This document shows, piece after piece, positions 42,902-53,557 of a stretch of 64,000 nucleotides of DNA (position 1 is its first letter; every line of letters starts with the position of its first letter). A program made the position numbers and the translations under genes. Source of the DNA: Chlamydiales bacterium (GTDB lineage Bacteria > Chlamydiota > Chlamydiia > Chlamydiales > JAAZZY01); assembly GCA_965206695.1 (NCBI GenBank), contig CBDBKM010000010.1, positions 128,001 to 192,000 of the forward strand, in the 5' to 3' direction. Under the pieces are notes generated by a model. It did not search any database. It worked only from the letters and a program-made list of their open reading frames with translations, and had not been told where the DNA came from.

Positions 42902-44662
42902 TTACATTCTTTCGACAGTTTCTAAACCTAAAATAGTTAACCCTTGTGATAAGGTTTGGCCACAAGCTTCTATTAGAATCAAGCGAGACTTTTCTAAATC
43001 AGATCCGATCACCCTACAATCTCTAAAAAAAGCATGGAATTTCTCAGCTAAATTATATAAATAGTCCGTTAACCGATTAGGTAAAAGGTCACGAATAATA
43101 TCATCTAAGGTTTCGCCAAACTGAAGAATATAAAGCGCAAGAGCTTGTTCCGTCGGATGTTCAAGAGTGACGGAAATTTCTTCAATTTTATTGATATCAA
43201 AATGGACTTTTCGTTTAATTCCTTGAGTGCGAACGTAGGCATAAAGTAAAAAAGTTGCCGTATTGCCTTCAAATCGGAGCATTTTATCATAACTGAAGAT
43301 GTAGTCTTTTGTTCTTAAAGAAGATAAATCAGCATATTTTATAGATCCAATACCTAGAGCTTTAGCTAATTTTTTTTGTTCTTCTTTATCCATTTCAGGG
43401 GTTCGTTCTTGTATAATCTCTAAGGCTTTAGAAATACCCTCATTTAACAAGTCAATTAACTTCTCTGTATTACCGGATCGAGTTTTAAATTTAGTACCAT
43501 CCGGGCCTAAAACCAAACCAAAGGTGACGTGATCTACTTGAACTTTATTACGATCAAGATATCCGATAAGTTCGGCAGCTTTAAAAACCATTTGAAAATG
43601 AAGCCTCTGTCCCGCATCAGTTACGACAATAACTCTATCAGCCCTTTCTACTTCAACCCGATGGCGGATCGCTGCCAGATCTGTGGATGCATAATTATAA
43701 CCACCATCGGATTTTTGAATCATAATGGGTAGTAGATCACCTTCTCGATTAGTAAAGCCTTCTAAATAGACACATTTTGCTCCATTTGAGATCGTCACTA
43801 AATCCTTTGCTTCAAAATCGTTGATGACCTGAGGCAATTGATCATTATAAAAGGATTCGCCTCGATCATTATTTGTAACATCCAATAGGTCATATATTTC
43901 AAGATACGCCTTTCTGGAAATATCACAAATAATTTCCCATGCTTTATAAGCATCTGATTCTTTAGCTTGCAGTTTAACGACTTCTTCATGAGAGCGCTTC
44001 TTAAAAGATTCATCGCTGTCAAAAAGCTTGCGACTTTCTTGATACCATTTAGCAAGGTGAGATAAGTCAGTGACTTGTTCGCCGGAGAGAACTTTTGGAG
44101 CTTTGTCTTTCATATAAGCTATAAGCATACCAAAGGGTGTACCCCAATCTCCAATATGATTAAGGCGTAGGACATCGTAACCGAAAAATTCGAACAGACG
44201 AGTTAAACATTCTCCGATAATGGTTGATCTAAGGTGTCCAACATGCAATTCTTTAGCGATATTCGGTGAAGAAAATTCTACAATAATACGTTGCTGTGTT
44301 GTTGGCATGTCGATGCCAAGTTTATCACTGCTAAGTATTTCAGGGATTTTTTTTTCCAAAAAAGAGAGAGAAATTTTGATATTGATAAAGCCCGGTCCTG
44401 CAATGGAGGCAGATTCAATTAATTGTTCGGTTGTTTCGAATTCATCTAAATACTTGATAAGTTTTTGGGCAATATCTCGAGGCTTTTGTTTTAATACCTT
44501 TGCTAGCTTCATAGCGCTATTACATTGGTAGTGACCAAAAGTAGGACTTGTGCTTTGAACAACTTCTAAAGCTAAAAAAGTTTCTTCATTAGAAATCTCT
44601 GTAAAAATAGCTGTGATAGCAGCCTGAAATTGCTTAGATAGTAGATTGACAATAGTTTTCAT
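42902..44662 (-). CDS. argS: Arginyl-tRNA synthetase
   Basis: EFSSPNIAKELHVGHLRS, KFKTRSG, GNTATFLLYAYVR. Confidence 0.97.
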   Translation of the reverse strand: MKTIVNLLSKQFQAAITAIFTEISNEETFLALEVVQSTSPTFGHYQCNSAMKLAKVLKQKPRDIAQKLIKYLDEFETTEQLIESASIAGPGFINIKISLSFLEKKIPEILSSDKLGIDMPTTQQRIIVEFSSPNIAKELHVGHLRSTIIGECLTRLFEFFGYDVLRLNHIGDWGTPFGMLIAYMKDKAPKVLSGEQVTDLSHLAKWYQESRKLFDSDESFKKRSHEEVVKLQAKESDAYKAWEIICDISRKAYLEIYDLLDVTNNDRGESFYNDQLPQVINDFEAKDLVTISNGAKCVYLEGFTNREGDLLPIMIQKSDGGYNYASTDLAAIRHRVEVERADRVIVVTDAGQRLHFQMVFKAAELIGYLDRNKVQVDHVTFGLVLGPDGTKFKTRSGNTEKLIDLLNEGISKALEIIQERTPEMDKEEQKKLAKALGIGSIKYADLSSLRTKDYIFSYDKMLRFEGNTATFLLYAYVRTQGIKRKVHFDINKIEEISVTLEHPTEQALALYILQFGETLDDIIRDLLPNRLTDYLYNLAEKFHAFFRDCRVIGSDLEKSRLILIEACGQTLSQGLTILGLETVERM

Positions 44663-44674
44663 AAAATCAAAAAT

Positions 44675-45748
44675 TTAAGTAACTAAAAGCTCTTCTTCCA
44701 ATACTTGAGAGTTCATTGCTTTCATCGCCAGCTGATCCGCGGCTTCCGCTGTTGCTAAATCATGCTTGTCGGCGTATTCAAAAATATTTAAAAGCCTATT
44801 ATGAATTTTATTTACCTTACTCAAGACGGTTTGGGGATTATATCCATTCGGATCGATTTCGGCTACAACATTAAGAAGGCCCCCGGAGTTAATGACGTAA
44901 TCGGGTGCATATAGGATCCCTCTATCTTTCAATTTAAGCCCATCTTCTTCTTCTAATAATTGATTGTTGGCAACTCCCGCTATCGCAGCACATTTTAGCA
45001 TAGGTATGGTTTCAGAATTTAGAGAACCCCCCATGGCACATGGGGCTAAAATATCGCATTCAGTTTCCATGTATTCTTCAAGAGATACAATAGTTGCATT
45101 ATAGTGAGATTGAGCAAATTCCAGTACTTTTTGATTAATATCGCTTACTATGATTTTTGCGCCATTCCAGAAGAGATGGTCTACTAAAGCCATACCCGCA
45201 TTTCCAATTCCTTGGACTGCAATACGCTTATCGGTTAGACAGACATTCCCCCAAAGATATTGTGCTGTTGATTGCATTGCCAGAAAAACACCTCTGGCAG
45301 TAAATCGACCGGGGTTCCCACTCATTCCGGCCAGGCTTGCGCCTAAACCGTATTTGGTCGTTTTATTGATAATGGACATATCATCCGCATTACAACCCAG
45401 ATCTTCAGCGCAATAATAGATACCTTCCAGATACTTTACGGCATGAGCAAAAGAGGTTAGAAGAGCTTCTGTTTTCTGAGTCTTAGAATCAGCTATAATA
45501 ACACTTTTTCCTCCTCCGGAATGACTATTGGATAGAGCAGCTTTATAAGTCATTCCTTTAGCTAGTCGTAAGACGTCATTTAAAGCATCATCAAAATTTT
45601 TATATGGATGAATTCGAACACCTCCAACAGCCGGACCAAGCGTTGTATTGTGAATGGCAATAATTGCATGAAGATTAGAGGTTTTTTCTTTAACTTCAAT
45701 AACCTTCTCATAACCCTTAATTTCAAGTACTTCAATAGAAAGATTCAT
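44675..45748 (-). CDS. Glu/Leu/Phe/Val dehydrogenase (leucine dehydrogenase-like)
   Basis: GPAVGGVR, GMTYK, GGGKSV, VQGIGNAG, ANNQL, APDYVINSGG. Confidence 0.92.
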   Translation of the reverse strand: MNLSIEVLEIKGYEKVIEVKEKTSNLHAIIAIHNTTLGPAVGGVRIHPYKNFDDALNDVLRLAKGMTYKAALSNSHSGGGKSVIIADSKTQKTEALLTSFAHAVKYLEGIYYCAEDLGCNADDMSIINKTTKYGLGASLAGMSGNPGRFTARGVFLAMQSTAQYLWGNVCLTDKRIAVQGIGNAGMALVDHLFWNGAKIIVSDINQKVLEFAQSHYNATIVSLEEYMETECDILAPCAMGGSLNSETIPMLKCAAIAGVANNQLLEEEDGLKLKDRGILYAPDYVINSGGLLNVVAEIDPNGYNPQTVLSKVNKIHNRLLNIFEYADKHDLATAEAADQLAMKAMNSQVLEEELLVT

Positions 45749-46098
45749 AATAATCTCTTTTGTTTGCCAATTTATAAAGCACAGTATTTTAAAACATTTA
45801 GATAATAAAAGGAAATTATAATAAATTTTTTAAATTGCTTATTTTTTCTTTGAAAGAGCTTTGATCATTTATATTTGGGCCTTTGAAAAAGATTAAAAGG
45901 ATTATTGAGAAGGTTTCTCCGGATTGAATATGTTTTTATATTCCCTTAAAACCATTTCTTAAGTTAAACTTTAATCACATTTAAAATAGCTTATGAATAA
46001 AATATATAGATGATATGTAAGATTTTTTTACTTGTGTGAGCGTAAAAAGTTTTAGCTAATTTAAAGTTAACAATTAAATACAACGGAAGATTAAAAAG

Positions 46099-46842
46099 AT
46101 GCTTGAGGTTCCTATGGGAAAAACAACCATTTCGGGCGAGTTAATTAGTGATTTAAAAGGATATTTGAAACGTCATCATCGTCCGGAGTTGATTAGTACC
46201 TATCTTTTTTATGTTTCTAAAAAATTTGATATACACCCTACTTTATCCCCCAAACATAAAATAGTTTATCGTAGTTTGGATGAAGCGGTAAAAATGTTAG
46301 GCGAATCGGGTCAATTATGGCGTGAGACAAAAATACGTATAGGTTCTCAAGGTTCTAGTGTGAACGGGCAAACAAAAAAGATTTATATTTGTCCTTTTAC
46401 CGGAAAAGTATTTGCAGATAATACCCACCCTAATCCTCAGGATGCTATTTATGACTGGGTATTAAAGTGTCCCGAAAATACCGAAAGAAACGATGGTATG
46501 CGGGTTAAACGTTTTTATGTTTCTGAAGATCCTGAAGTTATAAAAAAATATATTAAAGCCGATAAAGTTGCTACTATTAAAGGTGTTTATTCATCCGTTA
46601 TTACCGGCTCTCTTTTTAATAGTAAAGAATCCGTGATTGAAGATTTTAAACAAAATTTTGTGAAAGAAATTAGCCTTCAGGAAATTCTTAACCAAAATCG
46701 TTACCAATTAGAAGAATCTTTTTTAAAGTTTATTCAAGATGAGCTTGCAGAGGATAATTTAACGACCTTTATTGAAGCTCTTTCAGAATATCCTGAATTT
46801 CCTCCTTATATAGAAACATGGCTTGAGGATGAATCTGAGTAA
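46099..46842 (+). CDS. Chlamydiae-conserved protein (DUF2709-like)
   Basis: KKIYICPFTGKVFADNTHPNPQDAIYDWV; family recalled from memory. Confidence 0.75.
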   Translation: MLEVPMGKTTISGELISDLKGYLKRHHRPELISTYLFYVSKKFDIHPTLSPKHKIVYRSLDEAVKMLGESGQLWRETKIRIGSQGSSVNGQTKKIYICPFTGKVFADNTHPNPQDAIYDWVLKCPENTERNDGMRVKRFYVSEDPEVIKKYIKADKVATIKGVYSSVITGSLFNSKESVIEDFKQNFVKEISLQEILNQNRYQLEESFLKFIQDELAEDNLTTFIEALSEYPEFPPYIETWLEDESE

Positions 46843-46867
46843 TGATTTCAATCAACGTTGAAATTCA

Positions 46868-47311
46868 ATGCAATTACAATTAATAACCGCTTCTTCTGAA
46901 CAAACTTATGATCTTGGCGCTGAATTAGGGCAAAGAATAGGTGAAAATAGTGTTTTAGCTTTCTATGGTGACCTTGGAGCCGGAAAAACGACCTTTATTA
47001 AAGGATTAGCCAGTAATTTTATTAATTGTGATAATGAAATTGTTAGTAGTCCGACTTTTACTTACCTGAATATTTATGAAGGTAAAAAGACATTATACCA
47101 TTTCGATCTTTATCGATTAACACAACTAGATCAATTTTTATCTATGGGTTTTGAGGAATATTTTGAATTCGGAGGAATTTGTTGTATTGAGTGGGCGGAA
47201 CGAGTATCGAGTATTTTACCTTATACAACATGGATGATTTCGATCTTTCATAAAGAACAAGATAAAAGAGAGATAATAATAGAATCATTTGATGGAAAAA
47301 ATAAATTTTAA
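46868..47311 (+). CDS. tsaE: t6A biosynthesis ATPase
   Basis: GDLGAGKTTF, SSPTF, HFDLYRL, IEWAE. Confidence 0.95.
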   Translation: MQLQLITASSEQTYDLGAELGQRIGENSVLAFYGDLGAGKTTFIKGLASNFINCDNEIVSSPTFTYLNIYEGKKTLYHFDLYRLTQLDQFLSMGFEEYFEFGGICCIEWAERVSSILPYTTWMISIFHKEQDKREIIIESFDGKNKF

Positions 47312-47900
47312 TCAGACTCAATTTGTTACAAGTGCCAAGGATTTAGAGGGTTATCCCTCTCAGCTTGATAACGGAACTCCCTTGTTTGAAATTGCGGTGG
47401 GTGGAAGATCCAACGTAGGGAAATCTAGTCTCCTTAATAATCTTTTTGGAACAAAAAATCTTGTAAAAACATCAGGTGTCCCCGGAAAAACTCAACTTCT
47501 CAATTTTTTTCGAGTAGGTAATGAATATTCTTTTGTAGATTTACCCGGGTATGGTTTTGCTCAAGTCCCTAAAGCGATTAGGGAGCAATGGGGGCCAATG
47601 ATTCAAACCTATTTTGAAAACCGTCAATCTCTTGGGCTTATTCTGATCCTGTTGGATATTCGAAGAATACCTAATGAAGATGATAAAGTTTTTTTAGAGT
47701 GGATTTCATATTACAAGATTCCGATCCTTTTAATTTTAACAAAAGTTGATAAGGTTAATTTAACAATTCGCAGGAAAAATACTCAGAGGATCTTAGATGG
47801 ATTTAAGAATTTGGATTTACCATATTTGCATTATTCTTCTAAGAAACGAATCGGGCGCACGCTACTTATAACCCGGATACGAGATATGATGAAAAGGTAA
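47292..47900 (+). CDS. yihA: Ribosome biogenesis GTPase YihA/EngB
   Basis: GRSNVGKSS, PGKTQ, DLPGYG, TKVDK. Confidence 0.95.
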   Translation: MEKINFNQTQFVTSAKDLEGYPSQLDNGTPLFEIAVGGRSNVGKSSLLNNLFGTKNLVKTSGVPGKTQLLNFFRVGNEYSFVDLPGYGFAQVPKAIREQWGPMIQTYFENRQSLGLILILLDIRRIPNEDDKVFLEWISYYKIPILLILTKVDKVNLTIRRKNTQRILDGFKNLDLPYLHYSSKKRIGRTLLITRIRDMMKR

Positions 47901-47907
47901 AAATTGA

Positions 47908-48657
47908 ATGGTTTTAATAAAAAATACAGAATTTGTTTGTATCGATTGTGAGGCAACCGGTCTAGATCTGGATGACGACCGTATTGTTGAAGTAGCTGTG
48001 GTAAGATTTACTTTAACTGAGGAATTGAATCATCTTGAGACTTTAGTGGATCCGGAGCGGCCTATACCTGCTGCATCAATGGAAATTCATCACATAACGG
48101 ATGGAATGGTGGCGGGTAAGCCAAAGATTTCTGATGTTTTGCCAACGGTATTAAGACTGATTGGCAATAGAATTATTGTCGGTCATGGGATTGAATTTGA
48201 TATAAATATGATTGCTAATGAAGCAAAAAGACATAATATACCTTGTACGATTAAGTCTGCTCGTTTTTTTGATACATTACGATTAGCCAGACAGTATGGA
48301 GGAAGTCCTACCAATTCACTGGAAAGACTACGTGAGCATTTTAATATACCGGAAGAAGGGGCCCATCGAGCAATGAACGATGTCAGAGTTAATATGGAAG
48401 TATTTAAGCAGCTCATAAAAACTTATAAAACGATTGAGCAAATTTTTGATATCTTAGCAAAGCCTATTCGTTTGAAAAGTATGCCATTTGGTAAACATAG
48501 AGGGCGTGCTATGAAAGAAGTTCCTATTGAATATCTGCAATGGGTATCAAATAAAGATTTCGATAAGGATTTAATCTATTCGATTCGATGGGAATTAAAA
48601 AGACGTACACAGACAAAAGATTTCTCGCAATCAAGCAATCCATTTCATGGGTTATAA
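47908..48657 (+). CDS. DEDDh 3'-5' exonuclease (DnaQ-like) with C-terminal MPFGKH domain
   Basis: DCEATG, GHGIEFD, HRAMND, MPFGKHRG. Confidence 0.9.
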   Translation: MVLIKNTEFVCIDCEATGLDLDDDRIVEVAVVRFTLTEELNHLETLVDPERPIPAASMEIHHITDGMVAGKPKISDVLPTVLRLIGNRIIVGHGIEFDINMIANEAKRHNIPCTIKSARFFDTLRLARQYGGSPTNSLERLREHFNIPEEGAHRAMNDVRVNMEVFKQLIKTYKTIEQIFDILAKPIRLKSMPFGKHRGRAMKEVPIEYLQWVSNKDFDKDLIYSIRWELKRRTQTKDFSQSSNPFHGL

Positions 48658-48747
48658 GATCTTATTTGAGAAAATATTTCTTAACTTACCCTATGAAAAG
48701 TAAGTGTTTTTTTAAAAATGATTTCAATAATTGTTTAGGAGCAACAA

Positions 48748-49629
48748 ATGGAAAAAGGTTTACAAAGTGTAAAAGTAGGTTTAGCAGAAATGCTTAAAGG
48801 CGGTGTTATTATGGACGTGACAACACCGGAACAAGCTCGAATAGCTGAAGATGCAGGCGCTACTGCTGTAATGGCTTTGGAAAGGATTCCTGCTGATATC
48901 CGTTCTGATGGAGGGATCGCTCGTATGTCTAGCGTTGAAGTTATTCAAAATATACAAAAGAGGGTTTCTATTCCTGTTATGGCAAAATGCCGAATCGGCC
49001 ATTTTGTTGAAGCTCAGATTTTGCAAGCTTTAAAAGTCGATTTTATTGACGAAAGTGAAGTCTTGACTCCTGCAGATGACGACTATCATATTTTAAAGCA
49101 CCCATTTACAGCTCCTTTTGTATGTGGTTGTCGTAATCTGGGAGAAGCTCTAAGAAGGATTGCTGAAGGTGCCGCAATGATTAGGACTAAAGGGGAAGCC
49201 GGAACAGGGGATATTGTTGAAGCGGTAAGACATATGAGATCGGTACAACAGGGAATTAGGCGTTTGATTAATCTTGATCCTAGCGAGTTAATGACGGAAG
49301 CTAAAGTGATAGGAGCTCCTTACGAGCTTCTTTGCCAAGTAGCTAAAGAAGGAAAATTACCGGTTCCTAATTTTGCTGCAGGAGGTATTGCAACTCCCGC
49401 CGATGCGGCATTAATGATGCAATTAGGTGCAGAATCGGTTTTTGTTGGTTCCGGTATATTTAAATCTGATGATCCTGCACAAAGAGCCGTTGCTATTGTA
49501 AAAGCTGTGACACATTATAAGGATCCGGAAAAATTAGCAGAGATTTCAAGAGAATTGCTTCAAGGTATGCAAGGGATTGCAGTCGATTCACTGCAAGAAG
49601 ACAAGCGGTTAGCTAAAAGAGGTTGGTAA
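48748..49629 (+). CDS. pdxS: Pyridoxal 5'-phosphate synthase lyase subunit
   Basis: [36 protein letters not shown] end. Confidence 0.97.
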   Translation: MEKGLQSVKVGLAEMLKGGVIMDVTTPEQARIAEDAGATAVMALERIPADIRSDGGIARMSSVEVIQNIQKRVSIPVMAKCRIGHFVEAQILQALKVDFIDESEVLTPADDDYHILKHPFTAPFVCGCRNLGEALRRIAEGAAMIRTKGEAGTGDIVEAVRHMRSVQQGIRRLINLDPSELMTEAKVIGAPYELLCQVAKEGKLPVPNFAAGGIATPADAALMMQLGAESVFVGSGIFKSDDPAQRAVAIVKAVTHYKDPEKLAEISRELLQGMQGIAVDSLQEDKRLAKRGW

Positions 49630-49632
49630 CGC

Positions 49633-50214
49633 ATGCAGAGCAAAGTGGTAGGAATTTTAGCACTGCAAGGGGCTTTTGCCCGTCATGGATCTGTTTTGGA
49701 TTGTTTAGGTGTTATCAACAAGGAAGTTAAAACTTCAAATGATTTAAACGACATATCCGCGTTGATTATACCCGGTGGAGAATCTACTACTATTGCTAAA
49801 CAAATGAACGAGGATAGTTTATTTCATGACATAAAAGCATTTGGAAGAGATAACCCTCTTTTTGGAACATGTGCCGGGGCTATTTTGATGGCTAAAAAAG
49901 TTGTTAAAAATCCTTTTGAATCCTTTGCTTTTATGGATATTTCAATTCAGCGTAATGCTTATGGGCCTCAAACGGAATCTTTTTATACTCATCTCGACAT
50001 ACCAAGTACTAGCCCAAATAAAATTCCTGCCTTTTTTATACGGGCGCCGGTTGTTATCGATTATGGACCAAATGTTCGAGTACTCGCTCATTTAGAACAA
50101 AAACCGGTTTTATTGCAGGAAGATAAGCATTTGGTTGCTACCTTCCATCCCGAATTAACGACTGATTTGAGTGTCCATCAATATTTTATAAATCTAATCT
50201 CTTATGACAATTAA
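49633..50214 (+). CDS. pdxT: PLP synthase glutaminase subunit
   Basis: LALQGAF, IPGGEST, GTCAG, FIRAP, FHPELT. Confidence 0.96.
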   Translation: MQSKVVGILALQGAFARHGSVLDCLGVINKEVKTSNDLNDISALIIPGGESTTIAKQMNEDSLFHDIKAFGRDNPLFGTCAGAILMAKKVVKNPFESFAFMDISIQRNAYGPQTESFYTHLDIPSTSPNKIPAFFIRAPVVIDYGPNVRVLAHLEQKPVLLQEDKHLVATFHPELTTDLSVHQYFINLISYDN

Positions 50215-50989
50215 GCGAGAAAATCCCTTACTTCAGTCTTGGGATAGGAGCGCCTCGATCAAATTTTTGTTTCGTATTCTTGTTAATTTTCATATCTTGT
50301 ATACCATTCCTATCTTTTAGATCTACCGTGAGGCAGTCGGTAAGTTAAGCCTTTGGAGATCATGTCAGACTAACACTTGTTAGTAACCTGAGTTTTGGGT
50401 TTAAATTACCATAGTTAAAATATTCTGATGCTTTTCCAACTTAATTGAAGGTTTTTTTTCTTGATGAGAGTACGCAATAAGAGCACCAAGTAAGTTAATA
50501 AAAAAATGAGAGATACTACGATGGCGTGTATGTTCTATTTGCGAAATATTTTTTAATTGATCATTTACTGTTTCAATAATAGATCTTTTTCTTAATAAGA
50601 TTGTATCTTTTAATGACATCAATCTATTTTTCATATTTGACCGAATGGTAATAATAAGCTGCAAACCTTTATTAAGAAGTTTTTTATAAAGAGGAGAAGA
50701 GATGTACCCTTTATCACCAAAAAATTTTCCTGTGATTGTATCAGCCAATTTTTCTACAACAGAGACATCGGAAACATTTCCCCGGGTGATATGAAAAGCT
50801 ATAATCTCTTCTTTATCATTAATAATTAAATGAAGTTTAAAGCCATAAAACCATCCGGATGTTGTTTTACCTTTTTTTGCTACTCCTTTAAAAACTTTAT
50901 TTCTTGAAATACGTTTATTATGGCACACTTTTAGTGAAGTTGCATCGATGAAAGCAATGCCTGTGATATTGCCTTGAAGGCTCCACATA

Positions 50990-51923
50990 TAGTATTTTAA
51001 TTTTTATTTGATAATATGTTATCCTTCTTTTTTTATACAAACAGTAAGGATAAAACAATGCCTAGAGCCTATTCAGTAGATCTTCGAGAGAAAGTATTAC
51101 AACATATAGAAAAACATCATGATAAAAAAACAGCCGGCCATATTTTTCAAGTAGGTATCGCAACAATATATCGATGGATCTTGCAAAAAAAGCAAAAAGG
51201 ACATTTAAAACCAATCCGCAGAAAATATGCTTATAAGAAATTAGATGATGAGTTGTTATCTAAATATGTAGAAAAACATCCGGATTATTTTTTATCGGAA
51301 ATTGCTGATTATTTTTCAGTCACTCCGCAAACGATTTTTTATGCCCTTAAAAGATTAAAAATTACACGAAAAAAAAAACTACTCGCTATAAGGAAAGAGA
51401 TGAAAAGAAACGGGAAGCTTTTATGAAAGATTTAAAAAATATTCCCTTTGACAAGAGAATTTATCTCGATGAAACCGGGATTCATCAATTTTTATTTCGT
51501 GAGTCCGGAAGAAGCTTACGCGGCAAAAAAGTTTTTGGAGCGGTTTCAGGAAACCGCTTTATAAGGCAAAATATTATTTCAGCCCTATCTAAAGGGCAGT
51601 TTTTATCTCCAATGTGTTTTGAAGGTACTGGTAATACCGGGTTATTCAATATTTGGCTTAAGGAAGTTTTGACTCCTCAGCTTACACCCGGTAGTGTTCT
51701 TATTCTTGACAATGCCGGTTTTCACAAGTCAGCGGAAAGCAGGAAAACAGTAGAATCTGCCGGTTGTAAGCTTATGTTTCTTCCTCCCTATTCTCCGGAC
51801 TTAAATCCTATAGAAAAATATTGGGCTAATATGAAAAATAAAGTTAGAGAGATATTACGAAAAGTTACGAATTTTAAATTCGCCATTGATCAAGCAATCT
51901 TATCAATGTAAATTAAATGACTA
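50990..51923 (+). mobile_element. IS630 type A, copy 3 (complete)
   Basis: Both IRs, TA duplication, and IS982 flanks that rejoin. Confidence 0.95.
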
Positions 51924-51962
51924 TATAAGCGTATAGAGGAAGAAATATATTTTTTATACATT

Positions 51963-52866
51963 AGACTTCTTTCGAAACTCATTGTGCCACCTCCAAATTG
52001 TAAATGCCGGCAATTAGATTAAAACGAAGAGCAAACCTTTTACGCCTATTTCCGTAACGATCAGTTATAATCTTGAATCGCTTTAAACGGGCAATGACAT
52101 GTTCATTGAGAACTCGTTCTTTGGAAAGCTGTCGATTGCGTTTCTTATCATCTTTAGTCAATGGCTTCTTTTTACTTTTTTTCTTTGGCATTTGGGTCTT
52201 AGAGTGAATATCTTGTAGACCTTGATATCCGGTATCAGTCAACACATTTATTTCCGGACGGATTTGTATTTTTGACTCTTTGAATAATCTGAAATCATGT
52301 AGCTTGCCATTCGAGAATGCCGTACAGATTACTTGTTGCGTCTTCTTGTTCACAACAACCTGAGTTTTTAGCGTATATTTTTTCTTTTTTCCTGAGTAAA
52401 AATACTTCTGTTTTTTTTTGGCCTTTCAATACGCGTTTCTGTTGCATCGATTAAAATAACGTCATATTCAACATCGCTCTTTAGAAGAGCTTTGCGTCCG
52501 GGCAAAGAGAAATCAGGGTGCTTGATTAATGTATCCTCGACCCACCTTACAGTTTTATAGGCAGTACTCTCACTAACACCGTAACTTTGACTCACATGGA
52601 AATAAGTCCCGTATTCTCGGATATATTCTAGAGTCATAAGCAGCATATCTTTTATGCTTAGTTTGTTCTTCCTAATACCTTTAACTTTTTTGAGTTTGTT
52701 CGATTCTTCTAAAATCAACTGCATCCTATCAAATGTAGCTTTCTTAATGCCCGTTAGCCGACGAAATTTTTCATCGTCTAAACTTTTAACTGTTTCAAAC
52801 TTCATGTTATCCTCACTTATTTTAACAAGAACATTATTATCAAAAAATTAGTTTCGAAAGAAGTCT
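51963..52866 (-). mobile_element. IS5-family (ISL2-like) element with two ORFs joined at an A9 run
   Basis: Perfect IRs AGACTTCTTTCGAAACT; ATT duplication; FRRLTGIK, IDATE..RPKK, DTGYQG, RVLNEH. Confidence 0.9.
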
Positions 52867-53557
52867 ATTAAATAAATCTTGAATAACTGATTAATTTGGG
52901 AAATTCACGGTAATAATATTGCTGAAACATAACTATAATAGTCATCATTTCCGGAACTGACAATAGAGGTGCCGGTCCTCGTCTATTTTGTTTACTTTCA
53001 ATAAGATGTTTCGCCCGGTCTTTTTTGAAAACTTTACAAAAATCATCGATAGAGTAATATAGAGCAGTTAAATCTTTCATTTTTAGACCTTTTGTTTATT
53101 TTTTTGTCAAAATATTCTACAAAAACAAAAGGTCTTTTTGCATTAAAAAATTTCTAACTTCATGAAATATTAAGGATTAAACCCAAAACTCAGGTTAGTA
53201 GTGCTCGTTGAATAAGGAATCCCTTCCCTTTAGGGGGAGCTGTCAATTAAAGTTACTATTGTTAGTACCACATCCACCTTCGCCCTTTCTTATTTTATTG
53301 TAAGGATTTTGTGGCGGAGGTTTTCCACCACAACTAGAGATCGTTAATAGTAGAATTGATGCTATTAACAAAGGACCATATTTTTTTATCACTTTAATTA
53401 TCCCCCCTATAGAAAAATTTGTTTTTTTGCTGATTTAATTCTTTTGAAGATAATATTGCAAATCTAATGATCATTTATCAAAACATTTTCATAATTTTTT
53501 TCATAATTTTTTCTAAATAAGATATGATTCTGTTTTTTTGTTAAGTTAGAGGTTTTT

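Larger units (their letters stand above)
50386..53195 (-). mobile_element. IS982-family element, transposase broken by two insertions
   Basis: Perfect IRs ACCTGAGTTTTGGGTTTAA; TAGTA duplication; FIDATSL, GWFYGFKLHL, GDKGYIS, IETVNDQLK; N-terminal part at 52868-53080. Confidence 0.92.
50215..53246 (+). mobile_element. Non-autonomous IS605-group mini-element (left-end hairpin plus omega-RNA-like right end, ~220 bp net) hosting nested ISs
   Basis: Left ATCCC..ACTTCAGT..GGGAT hairpin; ACCGTGAGGCAGTCGGTAAGTTAAGCCTTTGGAGA..; right end GGAATCCCTTCCCTTTAGGGGGAGCTGTCAA; left boundary approximate. Confidence 0.7.
50322..53246 (+). ncRNA. Putative TnpB omega/reRNA scaffold (50322-50385 joined to 53201-53246), split by IS982
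   Basis: Resembles the conserved 3' end of tnpB elements; internal hairpin ACTAACA-CT-TGTTAGT next to the insertion point; ends in TCAA. Confidence 0.55.
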
